Shown: piece by piece, positions 18,333 through 27,412 of the stretch
Numbering within the stretch: position 1 is the first letter of the stretch
How the letters are laid out: the number at the start of each line of letters is the position of its first letter
Origin: an uncultured virus (IMG/VR IMGVR_UViG_3300038825_001787)
Taxonomy: Duplodnaviria; Heunggongvirae; Uroviricota; Caudoviricetes
Length of the DNA stretch: 64,000 nt
Direction: 5' to 3' (one strand)
Virus record (IMG/VR): IMGVR_UViG_3300038825_001787
Notes under the pieces: generated by a model
What the model saw: only the letters and a program-made list of their open reading frames with translations
What the model was told of the DNA's origin: nothing
The model's database searches: none
Position numbers and translations under genes: made by a program

Positions 18333-20464
18333 TTAAAATGAGAGTAAAGGTACCAAGAGATTTGGCTGGTGGCTCGCTACTTAAAGCACACCAGTGGGCT
18401 AAATCCCAAACTGTCAGTTCTAACCCAGGTCATTCATCTAACGATTATAAGATACAAGGCGTAGATGGTACACCATTAACTCTTAGCGATTTGACAAGTA
18501 GAACATTTGATGAAGTATTGATAATATCCGGTGCAAAAAACAACCCACCAAGTGGGTATCCTTTGGAACCAACATATGGATATCCTTCCTTCAAGAAAAA
18601 TAGACTCGGTAACAAACCAACTGTATTGTTGGCTAAAGATGTAGACCCCTCAATGGTAGAAAGACTCGCCATGCAGAACGGTATGTTTAGCGCATTGAAT
18701 ACTGTAACCAAATTATTATACGCAGAAGAAAACATGGAGTCTGGTACAGACCCAAAAATAGCGGCATTATTGCAAACATATGCAAATGCTACCATGAAAG
18801 TTAAACATAACCCGGGTGGTAGGGCTTTCTTTGCAACAGATATCAACGATAGGTTTGCCGGAGTTGTTTCTCCCCAAGAGGCAGTTCGTTCATTCATTTC
18901 ATCTCAATATGGAATAGACCCAGACCCCGGCCGGTTTTCCCCAGACGGCAACACAGCAACTGGATATATGATTGAGAAAGCAAGAATATTAGATATGTAC
19001 AACCTAAATGACTCGTCAATTTTAGACGAATTTCAAGATAATGTACTGACACCTTTCTTGGTTTCATCAATTGCAAACGCTAAGTTGTTGAAAGCAATGC
19101 AGCATCAAGATTACATAGATATAACAAATACACAGTTGAAGATGCCAGCATCTGGAGAAACGTGGAAAAAATTCAATTTGCTATTACCAACCCAAGCAGA
19201 GGATTACTACGATGGTAGAGATTATGCTTTGATTGCGCATCCTTTGTTTATGCGGGATTCAATAGGGTTGGCAGTGATGAGCGAAAAACTTGTTAAACAT
19301 ATATCAAAAATAGTTAAGGAGTATCCTAGAAACACATCAAAAGCAAAGAATAGTAGAACTATGAAGCACCAACGAACAATAATTGACTCATTCAGAGGAG
19401 CCATAGAGACAGATTTAGTATTTAACATGGCGATTAGCCAAGCCGATGTAATGAGAGATGGTACAACACCAGAAGAAGTTTTAGAGGCATTGAATAGCAT
19501 ATTCTCATCAACAACCAGAGATACGGATCTAATTCGATTTACACAAAACCTAAAGCCGGATTTTCTTGTTTCTTACCAAAGAGATGTCGCAGGATTTAGA
19601 CCAACTGCACCTCCGTATTGGCCTAAACCAGTTGTCTTGGCTTTAATGGACGCCATTAGAAATAACATACAACCTATAATTAAAAAAGAATTAGATCTTT
19701 CTACAGCATTTGCTCCATACATATCAAAACCTTCTGAAATGACCGAAGATCAGATTAAACTAGCCGAGGCATACAGAACCAAAATATTAGAAGAAAAAAA
19801 TATTGATATAGCAATAAGTAACCTAAATGCAGGACCTAATTCTACCCTCTATAAACTTTGGAAAAAGGATTCGAAGAAATTCAAAAGCAATGAAATAACA
19901 ACTGATAACCGGAAAGAAGCAATTCAAGAAATACAAGCGTTATTGGCAACAAAACCTAAAGTAGAGAGAGTAGACTCAGAAACTATACATATACTAAGTA
20001 TATTTATGGAGATAGAAGATACTTGTAGAGGTAAGTATAGATATACTATGACAGAGAATGATAGAGCCTTTGCCCTATATCTATTAGACGATGTAATAAG
20101 AAGAATCACAAAGAAAACTGGTGCCAGTGAGGAACCAGCCGACCCAGACGACTCAGAAGTAAATAATAGGGTAATGAGAATATTGGAAGGATATAGAGAT
20201 GACACTGGTGGTAGCGATGCTAAACAACTTGCTAACAGAATTGGTTTTGAAGCAAAGTTAGATGCCATAGTAGCACAAGCAAGGCGAGAAATACTCGCGG
20301 CAGATGATGACAAAAAAGCCGATGTGGTACGTCGTTATAGAGATAGATTGTTTAAACTGTCTAATAAGAAGGGGTTGCCAATGTGGGCTGTGGAAAAAAT
20401 TAGGGGTTTAAGGGTTGACGAATCGTATAACTTTATGGCAACTGATTTTGGTTTGAGGGAATGA
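18329..20464 (+). CDS. Multidomain hypothetical protein with Asn-Pro delimiters
   Basis: 711 aa, GTGA overlap with previous gene; SSNPG, KNNPP, KHNPG. Confidence 0.8.
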   Translation: MIKMRVKVPRDLAGGSLLKAHQWAKSQTVSSNPGHSSNDYKIQGVDGTPLTLSDLTSRTFDEVLIISGAKNNPPSGYPLEPTYGYPSFKKNRLGNKPTVLLAKDVDPSMVERLAMQNGMFSALNTVTKLLYAEENMESGTDPKIAALLQTYANATMKVKHNPGGRAFFATDINDRFAGVVSPQEAVRSFISSQYGIDPDPGRFSPDGNTATGYMIEKARILDMYNLNDSSILDEFQDNVLTPFLVSSIANAKLLKAMQHQDYIDITNTQLKMPASGETWKKFNLLLPTQAEDYYDGRDYALIAHPLFMRDSIGLAVMSEKLVKHISKIVKEYPRNTSKAKNSRTMKHQRTIIDSFRGAIETDLVFNMAISQADVMRDGTTPEEVLEALNSIFSSTTRDTDLIRFTQNLKPDFLVSYQRDVAGFRPTAPPYWPKPVVLALMDAIRNNIQPIIKKELDLSTAFAPYISKPSEMTEDQIKLAEAYRTKILEEKNIDIAISNLNAGPNSTLYKLWKKDSKKFKSNEITTDNRKEAIQEIQALLATKPKVERVDSETIHILSIFMEIEDTCRGKYRYTMTENDRAFALYLLDDVIRRITKKTGASEEPADPDDSEVNNRVMRILEGYRDDTGGSDAKQLANRIGFEAKLDAIVAQARREILAADDDKKADVVRRYRDRLFKLSNKKGLPMWAVEKIRGLRVDESYNFMATDFGLRE
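19960..20100. other. TpA-rich island inside CDS
   Basis: aactatacatatactaagtatatttatggagatagaagatacttgtagaggtaagtatagatatactatg. Confidence 0.65.
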
Positions 20465-20470
20465 TGTAAT

Positions 20471-21574
20471 ATGTCAGAATTAGAAGCAATGGGCGACTTA
20501 GAAAACTTCCTTAATGGCTTAGACTTAGAAGCCGGTGATTTAGGGCAACCAATGTATTTAGATGCAGATGTGCTGGAATTAAAGAAAAACATAAACTTAA
20601 TTGAGCAAAGGCAACCAGCGTTGAAAGAAATAGCAAACATTGTAGATGAGCATACAAAAGAAGTTTTACAAAAACTAAGTAACGGTGCAAAAAGTATACA
20701 AAAAGAAGCAGATGATGTTTGGGCATCATTTGATGATTTTGTACAAAATGGTCCGGTAGAGATAAAAAATATACGAGCCCCAGACGCTGAAATTAAAGAA
20801 AAGTTTTTAGAAAAACAAGCAGACTATGCACAGACCATTATTACTTTAACAAAACAAGCAATTTTGTTTGGCACAATAGAGCACCAGTTTGAATCAGCAA
20901 AGAATACACTAGAACTACAAACAAGGTTGGCTGGACAAGATGATTTATTTTCTAGTGATAGGAAACCATATTCCATTCAAAGTATGTTAAAGCAGACCAA
21001 GAAACTAACAAAGGAGATTAAATCTTTGAGAGACAGAATTGATAAAACTGTGTCATTGATTAGAGAGTTTGGTAATTATGACACAAAAGCAGGTGATACA
21101 TTGTATTTCAAAATACTAGTTGCCTATCTAGACTATATAAATGCAGTTTACAAACTAGAGTATAGGGCTAGAGAAATAGAAGCAACGATTGTGCAGATGA
21201 ATGCACCACCAGTAAACAAAGTGTTGGAAGAAAGCAGTATCGAGCGAGCCAGGAAGATTGTTGGCGAAAAAGCAAAGAGTTTCGGTAAAGAAGCGGTAAA
21301 AATAGGGCAGAAGTATGGGCCGATGTTGCTTAACGAATTCCAGAGAGGACCTATGGAACCAGTTGAAAGGATAATTGAAAAGTATAGAAAAGACATGGTG
21401 GCAACAGACAAAAAGATTTTCAAATCTTACAAAAAAATAGACTCTCAAGCAACGTCTGCTTCAAAGGATTATAAACCTGTTAAAGCACTAAACCAAGTCA
21501 AACTTAGCACCAATAAAGGTCTTTTACAAAGTACAAATAGAGCACTCAGATCAGCGTTGCAAGATGCCTTCTAG
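20471..21574 (+). CDS. Alpha-helical/coiled-coil hypothetical protein
   Basis: 367 aa, K/E/L/A-rich. Confidence 0.8.
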   Translation: MSELEAMGDLENFLNGLDLEAGDLGQPMYLDADVLELKKNINLIEQRQPALKEIANIVDEHTKEVLQKLSNGAKSIQKEADDVWASFDDFVQNGPVEIKNIRAPDAEIKEKFLEKQADYAQTIITLTKQAILFGTIEHQFESAKNTLELQTRLAGQDDLFSSDRKPYSIQSMLKQTKKLTKEIKSLRDRIDKTVSLIREFGNYDTKAGDTLYFKILVAYLDYINAVYKLEYRAREIEATIVQMNAPPVNKVLEESSIERARKIVGEKAKSFGKEAVKIGQKYGPMLLNEFQRGPMEPVERIIEKYRKDMVATDKKIFKSYKKIDSQATSASKDYKPVKALNQVKLSTNKGLLQSTNRALRSALQDAF

Positions 21575-21613
21575 AAACACTACCTGTATAAGTAGCGACC
21601 CTGTCCGACAAGC

Positions 21614-23059
21614 ATGACTAGCGCAGTCTATTGTGACAATTGCGGTATAAAGAATAACCCAAGTCATATGCACTGTAAAATGTGTGCTAGCGAATTACCC
21701 ACCCCTGTAAGACAAAATCCCTTGTATTCTAAGTTAACAAGAGACCGACCCAAAGCAGTCGTTTTTGACTTAGACATGACTTTGTTTGACAATTCACAAA
21801 GATTCACAGACGCACGACGCGCAGGTCTTGTCGATAAAGAAGGCAAGGCAATTGTTAAGAGATTGACAAGCAAAGAAAAAGCAATGAAGAAAAGAAATAA
21901 GTTTCTTTATTCACAAAAAGAATTGTCAAAAGATGTCGTGATTCCGGGCGCAACCCAGTTGGTAAGTGATTTGAAAAACGATGGTTACACTGTGATTTAT
22001 CTTACTGCAAGACCAGACAAGTATCAAGAGCAAACAATTAAACAACTGGAAAGTAAAGGCTTTCCATTATTTAGAGACATGGATGGAAACCCATTGGTCT
22101 TTTCTAAACCGGCAAGCAGGACACAAGTTCCTGCCTTTAAGGGAAACAAAGTTAGAGAACTACTTGGTAACTATAAGATAGAAATGGTCTTCGATGACAG
22201 TAAGAACAATCTAGAAGAAATTGCTAAGTTAAAAATACCAGGACTATACGCTAGTATTTCAGACCACGTTAAACACAATCCAGATCGTAGCGAGTTTGCT
22301 TATGTAGCAGAAGATGGAGCAAAAGGCCCGTTTGTAACTAGTGACCTTAGTGAACCCGACATTGACAAAGCGTACGAAGTTATGCCCGAACGTGACGGCG
22401 ATCCTAACAACAGAGATTCTACCGTTGAAGATACGGCACATTTAGAAGAAGAACGTATGAAACAAATGACACTGGACGACTTCTCACTAATAAACCCAAT
22501 AGGACCAAGAGCATTACCAAACCCACTACCAAAACCAAAGAAAAAGAAACTTTCAAACGGTAAGTATCGCAAAGAACCAAGGAAAGTTTACATCACTAGA
22601 ATGATGGATAAGAACAAGAAGATGAAAACCGACTTCCCAGATAGAAAGCAAAGATATGCAGTTACTATGACACTTGTGGAAAAGTTCTATGGTAAAACAA
22701 AAGCAAACCCAGTCAAAACAAACCCAGCACATCCAAGTAAAGTAGAGAAGGCTAAAAAACTTTACAAACATATGAATGGTAAAGAACCAGCAAAGATCGA
22801 GAAAAAGAAACTTGACTTAGGTGATGTATGGTATCAAGTTGGTGAAGGTGGATGTTGGCAAATTGGTTACATATCTGGTAAAGATAACGGCAGAGATGAC
22901 CAAAAGTACACCCATGTTTTCAATGAAGAGAGCAAAGACGGCAACTTCCCTAAGTTGTACGCAACAATGCCAGAAAACGGCAAACCAATGCTAGTCATTA
23001 CTGGTGGTTCATGGAAGATTAAAACAGATAGCGAAGGAGTCGCTTGGATATACGATTGA
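21614..23059 (+). CDS. Multidomain protein: Zn ribbon + HAD phosphatase (PNKP 3'-phosphatase-like) + small phage-type domains, Asn-Pro delimited
   Basis: CDNC/CKMC; HAD motifs VVFDLDMTLFD, YLTARP, K, VFDD; KTDFPDRKQRYAV domain; C-terminal KLYKHMNGKEP...YTHVF...PKLY...ITGG domain; 7 delimiter-like NP motifs. Confidence 0.8.
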   Translation: MTSAVYCDNCGIKNNPSHMHCKMCASELPTPVRQNPLYSKLTRDRPKAVVFDLDMTLFDNSQRFTDARRAGLVDKEGKAIVKRLTSKEKAMKKRNKFLYSQKELSKDVVIPGATQLVSDLKNDGYTVIYLTARPDKYQEQTIKQLESKGFPLFRDMDGNPLVFSKPASRTQVPAFKGNKVRELLGNYKIEMVFDDSKNNLEEIAKLKIPGLYASISDHVKHNPDRSEFAYVAEDGAKGPFVTSDLSEPDIDKAYEVMPERDGDPNNRDSTVEDTAHLEEERMKQMTLDDFSLINPIGPRALPNPLPKPKKKKLSNGKYRKEPRKVYITRMMDKNKKMKTDFPDRKQRYAVTMTLVEKFYGKTKANPVKTNPAHPSKVEKAKKLYKHMNGKEPAKIEKKKLDLGDVWYQVGEGGCWQIGYISGKDNGRDDQKYTHVFNEESKDGNFPKLYATMPENGKPMLVITGGSWKIKTDSEGVAWIYD

Positions 23060-23068
23060 GGTGATTAA

Positions 23069-23371
23069 GTGGATTACAAATTAGGCATATCTGAAAAGAC
23101 ATGGACATACATTGGTGTAGCATCCGGTACACTACTTTTGATTAGTTCTTTGCGCACAGCAGCCAATGTTATTGGCAGCGATGGTATCTTTGGTTACGGG
23201 AAGAGTCAAAAACTTGCAACCTATGGCAAGGGTAAGGAGAAGACGTGGTCATCGATACAAGCACTTTCATTAGGACTGGTTGCATTAACAATGGTAGAGA
23301 ACAGTCACGACAATTTAGTCAAACTAGCAGAAATAAGAGAACAAGGAAAAGAAGTAATACAATTTTGGTGA
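23069..23371 (+). CDS. Small membrane protein (2 hydrophobic segments)
   Basis: 100 aa; GAGGTGA SD before GTG. Confidence 0.75.
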   Translation: MDYKLGISEKTWTYIGVASGTLLLISSLRTAANVIGSDGIFGYGKSQKLATYGKGKEKTWSSIQALSLGLVALTMVENSHDNLVKLAEIREQGKEVIQFW

Positions 23372-23375
23372 TATA

Positions 23376-23582
23376 ATGGCAGAAATATGGAATCCCTTTG
23401 ACGCGAAAAACCCCGTCTATAAACAACTAGCAAAGAAAACAGCGATAAATAACAAAACGTGGAGAATTGTTGGTAGTGTTGCAGTTGTGATGATTTTAGC
23501 AGACTACGCTGGTAAGAAGGGGTACAAAATACCAGGATTAAACGGGGTCAAAAATAACCCATATGGAATAATCCGCAAGTGA
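23376..23582 (+). CDS. Small single-TM protein with three NP motifs
   Basis: 68 aa; GGTGA SD; WNPF, KNPV, NNPY. Confidence 0.7.
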   Translation: MAEIWNPFDAKNPVYKQLAKKTAINNKTWRIVGSVAVVMILADYAGKKGYKIPGLNGVKNNPYGIIRK

Positions 23583-23591
23583 GGCGGAGGT

Positions 23592-26500
23592 ATGAGTAAG
23601 TATGCTTTTTCTGAATCATTCGGTGAACTAACCGACAAAGATACAGAAAACGCAGTATTAAGTTACAAACCACACGTAGTTGACCACATTTTACAACACT
23701 ATGAAATACACGTCAATAGCCACGATCGTGAAAAATTAACTTCTCCGCAACTACTGTACTATCATGTCTACGGCGACTATCGTTTAGTATTAGACGACAA
23801 AAAGCCTAAGTTCGTTTACAAAACCACACCAGTCACCGACGATGAAGCAATACTAAACAACATAATCGTAAGTAATCGATACTACTTGAACCGATTTTTA
23901 CAAGGAGAGCAGGAAGGCATCATCAACGGCATATATGATGAAGTACAAAATGACGGTGCATTGGTTCACCGAATTGAGGCAGTAGACTGGATGAACACAG
24001 AACTGAAAGAAAAAGGTGCAGGCACTAAATTCACACTTCCAAGCATTGGTACAGAGATTGTGAAAATGCACGCATATGGAAACGCTTCCGATGGTATCAA
24101 AAAAGGACTCGCAGACGAAATGTATGTCCTTAGTGAGTTTTTAGATTCAGACTACGAGAATCATGAGTATCCAGTAATTTATCAAGAAGATTCAAATGTT
24201 ATAGTTAATCGCATATTAGGTAGCGCAGATAGAATTGCTATGGACGACTTCAATGGAGAGGTATCAAAGTCGATTGCAATATTTATTGAAGCATTTTTGT
24301 CAAATATCGAGTTTGTAGAATTGAACAATAGGTACGCAAGTGACCTTCCAGATATAAGCGGCACCAATAATAGCATACATACGGCGCTAAGAGAAGTGTA
24401 TCTTTCGTCAAATGATTATGACACAGAAAGAGCGATTAAAAGAATAACATCTGCTTTGTTTGGAAAATCCACGCAAAGATTTGATATTGGAGACAGAGTG
24501 ATGTTGTCAGAAAATTTGGCAAATGAGAAGCGTTCAGAAATAGCGACTTTAATTGGTGCCGACGAAGACGATGTTATGGGAGCAGAGTATGTGGTTTATG
24601 GATTTAATGAAGTATCAGGGTACATCCTACAAACCGTGGATTTAGTTGGTGGTGCGCCATTTACTGTAGATTTGTCGAATGCACCGATAGATATAACATT
24701 AGACGATAATGATTTGATTAAAACAGCAGTTCCAACATTTGACTACGAAAACGATTCAGGAGATGTCACCACTACTGGCGGTAAGAAAAAGAAAAAGGGT
24801 GGTTCGGTAGTTTTAAACCCAATTCAAATTGCCTTCCAAAGAATACTTCTTGACACATTTGCTTCGATTCAAATACTATGCCATATAAATGAGTGGGCAA
24901 AGCAAAGAGGTGACAACGCAAATGCTAAGACAGAAGCAAAGATGCGATTTCTTTCTAGAGGAGTCAATGTTTATACTCCGACCAAAGATAACAACCAGAA
25001 GAAAAAACAAGGCGATAACAGCGACAAGACCAAATTAAAACCACATCAAGTTTACAATTCGTTTCCTAACGTTGCACACTTTGACGCAACACGTATAGTT
25101 GGTATACCACCGAGCACTAGCAGTAAAACAACGTTAGCAAAACGTGGACTATTAGACGAAATGGCAGATTGGAGAGCATACTACACCTTGTCTATACTAA
25201 GCAAAATACGAAAGAAAACACTAGACAGACAAACAATGGATAACTTTTACAAATCTAATATAATGATAAAAGAAATCGCTTGGATGGCAACTGCACTAAG
25301 TGATGGCGCTAAAGTACTTTCTAAGAAAGAAGACATGAGAGAAAGAGACCTGATGGCTCAAATTCAATATAGATCAGTGGCAAGGACAGACGGTAGTATC
25401 TCTCAAACAGCCGTTGCACCAAAGGAAACTGTTTTCTACGAAGTTGATGTACCATTATTGAAAGAAGTAATAATGACTTACACAGAGGTGTACAATAAGT
25501 CCGTTATCTATCGTGCGTACAATACAGCAGTCGATAGGCCGGAAAGTACTACCTTTACAGCAAACAGCAACGTAGAACAATTAGTTAGAGATGCATACAA
25601 GGCAAACAAAGAAGATAATAAAGACTTGAAAAATCAACTACTAGGTCAAGCAATGGCATTACAACCAGACGCGTTCAAAGTAGATCAACCGTATGGCTGG
25701 GATTCCGAGACTAAGAAAGCAAAAACAAGAGACGACGCATCACCATATCCTGGGATTACTTATATCCCAAGAAACTTTACTTACCACGTAGAAAAATCAA
25801 GAATCCCTAGAAATATAGATGGTGCAGATAAAATCCTAGGCTACCCCGATGCATTAGCACCCGATGCCACTGGTGACCCGTTGGGAGTGAAAACCACAAA
25901 GGAAAAGAAAAAACCAGTTAGAGAGGCAGACCTAGCAAAGCAAATATGGACGTCTGTTAGAACAAGAACAACTGGGTTATTTGACTTAGAAGGTGCAAGA
26001 CCACACGAATTTATGCTTCAACTGTTTAACCAAATGGACGACACACTATCACGCTCTAAATTGATTAAATCTCCATATCCTGATTCTTGGTTGGGAACGA
26101 ATATAATTGACAAATTGACAACCGACCCTATGCAATTAGGAGAGTCTGTCGAAACAAGATTCTACGAAGAAAAACTAGCAGAATACATTACTGCGCTAGA
26201 AAAAAGATACATTAGCAATTATTTAGTTCCATCAGTCTTATTGACACAAACACAAATGGGTCGAATCAAATACAGTAAGAATCCAGAGAAATTGAAAATG
26301 GCTTTTATGGAAAGACTTGCAAAAGATGCAGCAAAGCCAAGATTGGTGACTACCAATTATATTCTCAGACCATATGCAATAACAGTATCAATCATGCGCG
26401 CTATACTACAAATACCTAAATTAGAACAATCGAATTACGTTGCGAAAGAAATAGACGAAGATATGCGCACGGAGATACGCAAACACATGTACCACAATGA

Positions 26501-26801
26501 CATTAGACCATTGCTACCTAAGGAACACCCATTGTGGCAACCAAGAGATGACATTCCAACACCAGCAGTAGCAACAGGAACAGCAGCAGGAGCAGCAGTG
26601 GGAACACCAGCAGCAACACCGGCAGAAATACCGGCAGCAACACCGGCAGAAATACCGGCAGCAACACCAGAACGAAGAGAACGACCACTTCCATCACCAG
26701 AACCTAGAAGAGTACGAGTCCCAGAACTACCAACTACACCAGACCTATCGCTATTTGATGAGTTTGACGAGGCTCTAGAAGACTTTGGAGGTGAGATGTA
26801 A
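23592..26801 (+). CDS. Large hypothetical protein with Pro/Ala-rich C-terminal tail
   Basis: 1069 aa; Lys-run linkers; PAATPAEI repeats. Confidence 0.85.
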   Translation: MSKYAFSESFGELTDKDTENAVLSYKPHVVDHILQHYEIHVNSHDREKLTSPQLLYYHVYGDYRLVLDDKKPKFVYKTTPVTDDEAILNNIIVSNRYYLNRFLQGEQEGIINGIYDEVQNDGALVHRIEAVDWMNTELKEKGAGTKFTLPSIGTEIVKMHAYGNASDGIKKGLADEMYVLSEFLDSDYENHEYPVIYQEDSNVIVNRILGSADRIAMDDFNGEVSKSIAIFIEAFLSNIEFVELNNRYASDLPDISGTNNSIHTALREVYLSSNDYDTERAIKRITSALFGKSTQRFDIGDRVMLSENLANEKRSEIATLIGADEDDVMGAEYVVYGFNEVSGYILQTVDLVGGAPFTVDLSNAPIDITLDDNDLIKTAVPTFDYENDSGDVTTTGGKKKKKGGSVVLNPIQIAFQRILLDTFASIQILCHINEWAKQRGDNANAKTEAKMRFLSRGVNVYTPTKDNNQKKKQGDNSDKTKLKPHQVYNSFPNVAHFDATRIVGIPPSTSSKTTLAKRGLLDEMADWRAYYTLSILSKIRKKTLDRQTMDNFYKSNIMIKEIAWMATALSDGAKVLSKKEDMRERDLMAQIQYRSVARTDGSISQTAVAPKETVFYEVDVPLLKEVIMTYTEVYNKSVIYRAYNTAVDRPESTTFTANSNVEQLVRDAYKANKEDNKDLKNQLLGQAMALQPDAFKVDQPYGWDSETKKAKTRDDASPYPGITYIPRNFTYHVEKSRIPRNIDGADKILGYPDALAPDATGDPLGVKTTKEKKKPVREADLAKQIWTSVRTRTTGLFDLEGARPHEFMLQLFNQMDDTLSRSKLIKSPYPDSWLGTNIIDKLTTDPMQLGESVETRFYEEKLAEYITALEKRYISNYLVPSVLLTQTQMGRIKYSKNPEKLKMAFMERLAKDAAKPRLVTTNYILRPYAITVSIMRAILQIPKLEQSNYVAKEIDEDMRTEIRKHMYHNDIRPLLPKEHPLWQPRDDIPTPAVATGTAAGAAVGTPAATPAEIPAATPAEIPAATPERRERPLPSPEPRRVRVPELPTTPDLSLFDEFDEALEDFGGEM
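26607..26669 (+). repeat. 24-bp in-frame tandem repeat (2.6 copies)
   Basis: CC(A/G)GCAGCAACACCGGCAGAAATA x2 plus partial; encodes PAATPAEI. Confidence 0.95.
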
Positions 26802-27412
26802 TGATAATCCCATTTTACACAAGTAGTGGTCAGGCAGGAAAACGCGATGCGGAGGGTATCTTATTCGGAGTTGGCGAGTTCTTTCCGTTCTGGGGTTATG
26901 GCCCTGATTGGTTTAATAAAACTAATTACACTTGGAAGGGCCATCCCGAAGAAACAGCCATAGCAAACGATGACCGATCCAAATACTATGGTTCCACTAA
27001 ACTCCGAAGAATAGCAAATGAGTTAGATGCTTTGCTTCCAGATTTCAAGACAATGGTAAACCAGATGGAGAATCAGATACCTAGTGAAAATATCAACTTC
27101 CTGACGAGAAGTAACTTGATTAACAAATTAGCAAGCAGGGAGTTCGGAGCCAAAGACGAAGAGTTCAATCAGGGGTTAATTGCTAACGGCATAGTTCCCA
27201 CTGATCACGCAGGAAGCAAAGGTGGAAAAGTTGATGAGAATATTAGAAAGGCAAAGAAGATCATCGGTGTTGATGGGCCAATAACTTACAAGTTGGTTCC
27301 TTTCCAAAACGGACATAACTTTGCGTATCAGCCTGTTACCGATACAAACAGCGGCAGATTTTTTGTTCTAGTCGATATCAACCCTGCGAGTGAGAGGGAG
27401 GAACTAAAATGA
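26801..27412 (+). CDS. Hypothetical protein
   Basis: 203 aa; GGAGGTGA SD; TAATG and ATGA overlaps on both sides. Confidence 0.8.
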   Translation: MIIPFYTSSGQAGKRDAEGILFGVGEFFPFWGYGPDWFNKTNYTWKGHPEETAIANDDRSKYYGSTKLRRIANELDALLPDFKTMVNQMENQIPSENINFLTRSNLINKLASREFGAKDEEFNQGLIANGIVPTDHAGSKGGKVDENIRKAKKIIGVDGPITYKLVPFQNGHNFAYQPVTDTNSGRFFVLVDINPASEREELK

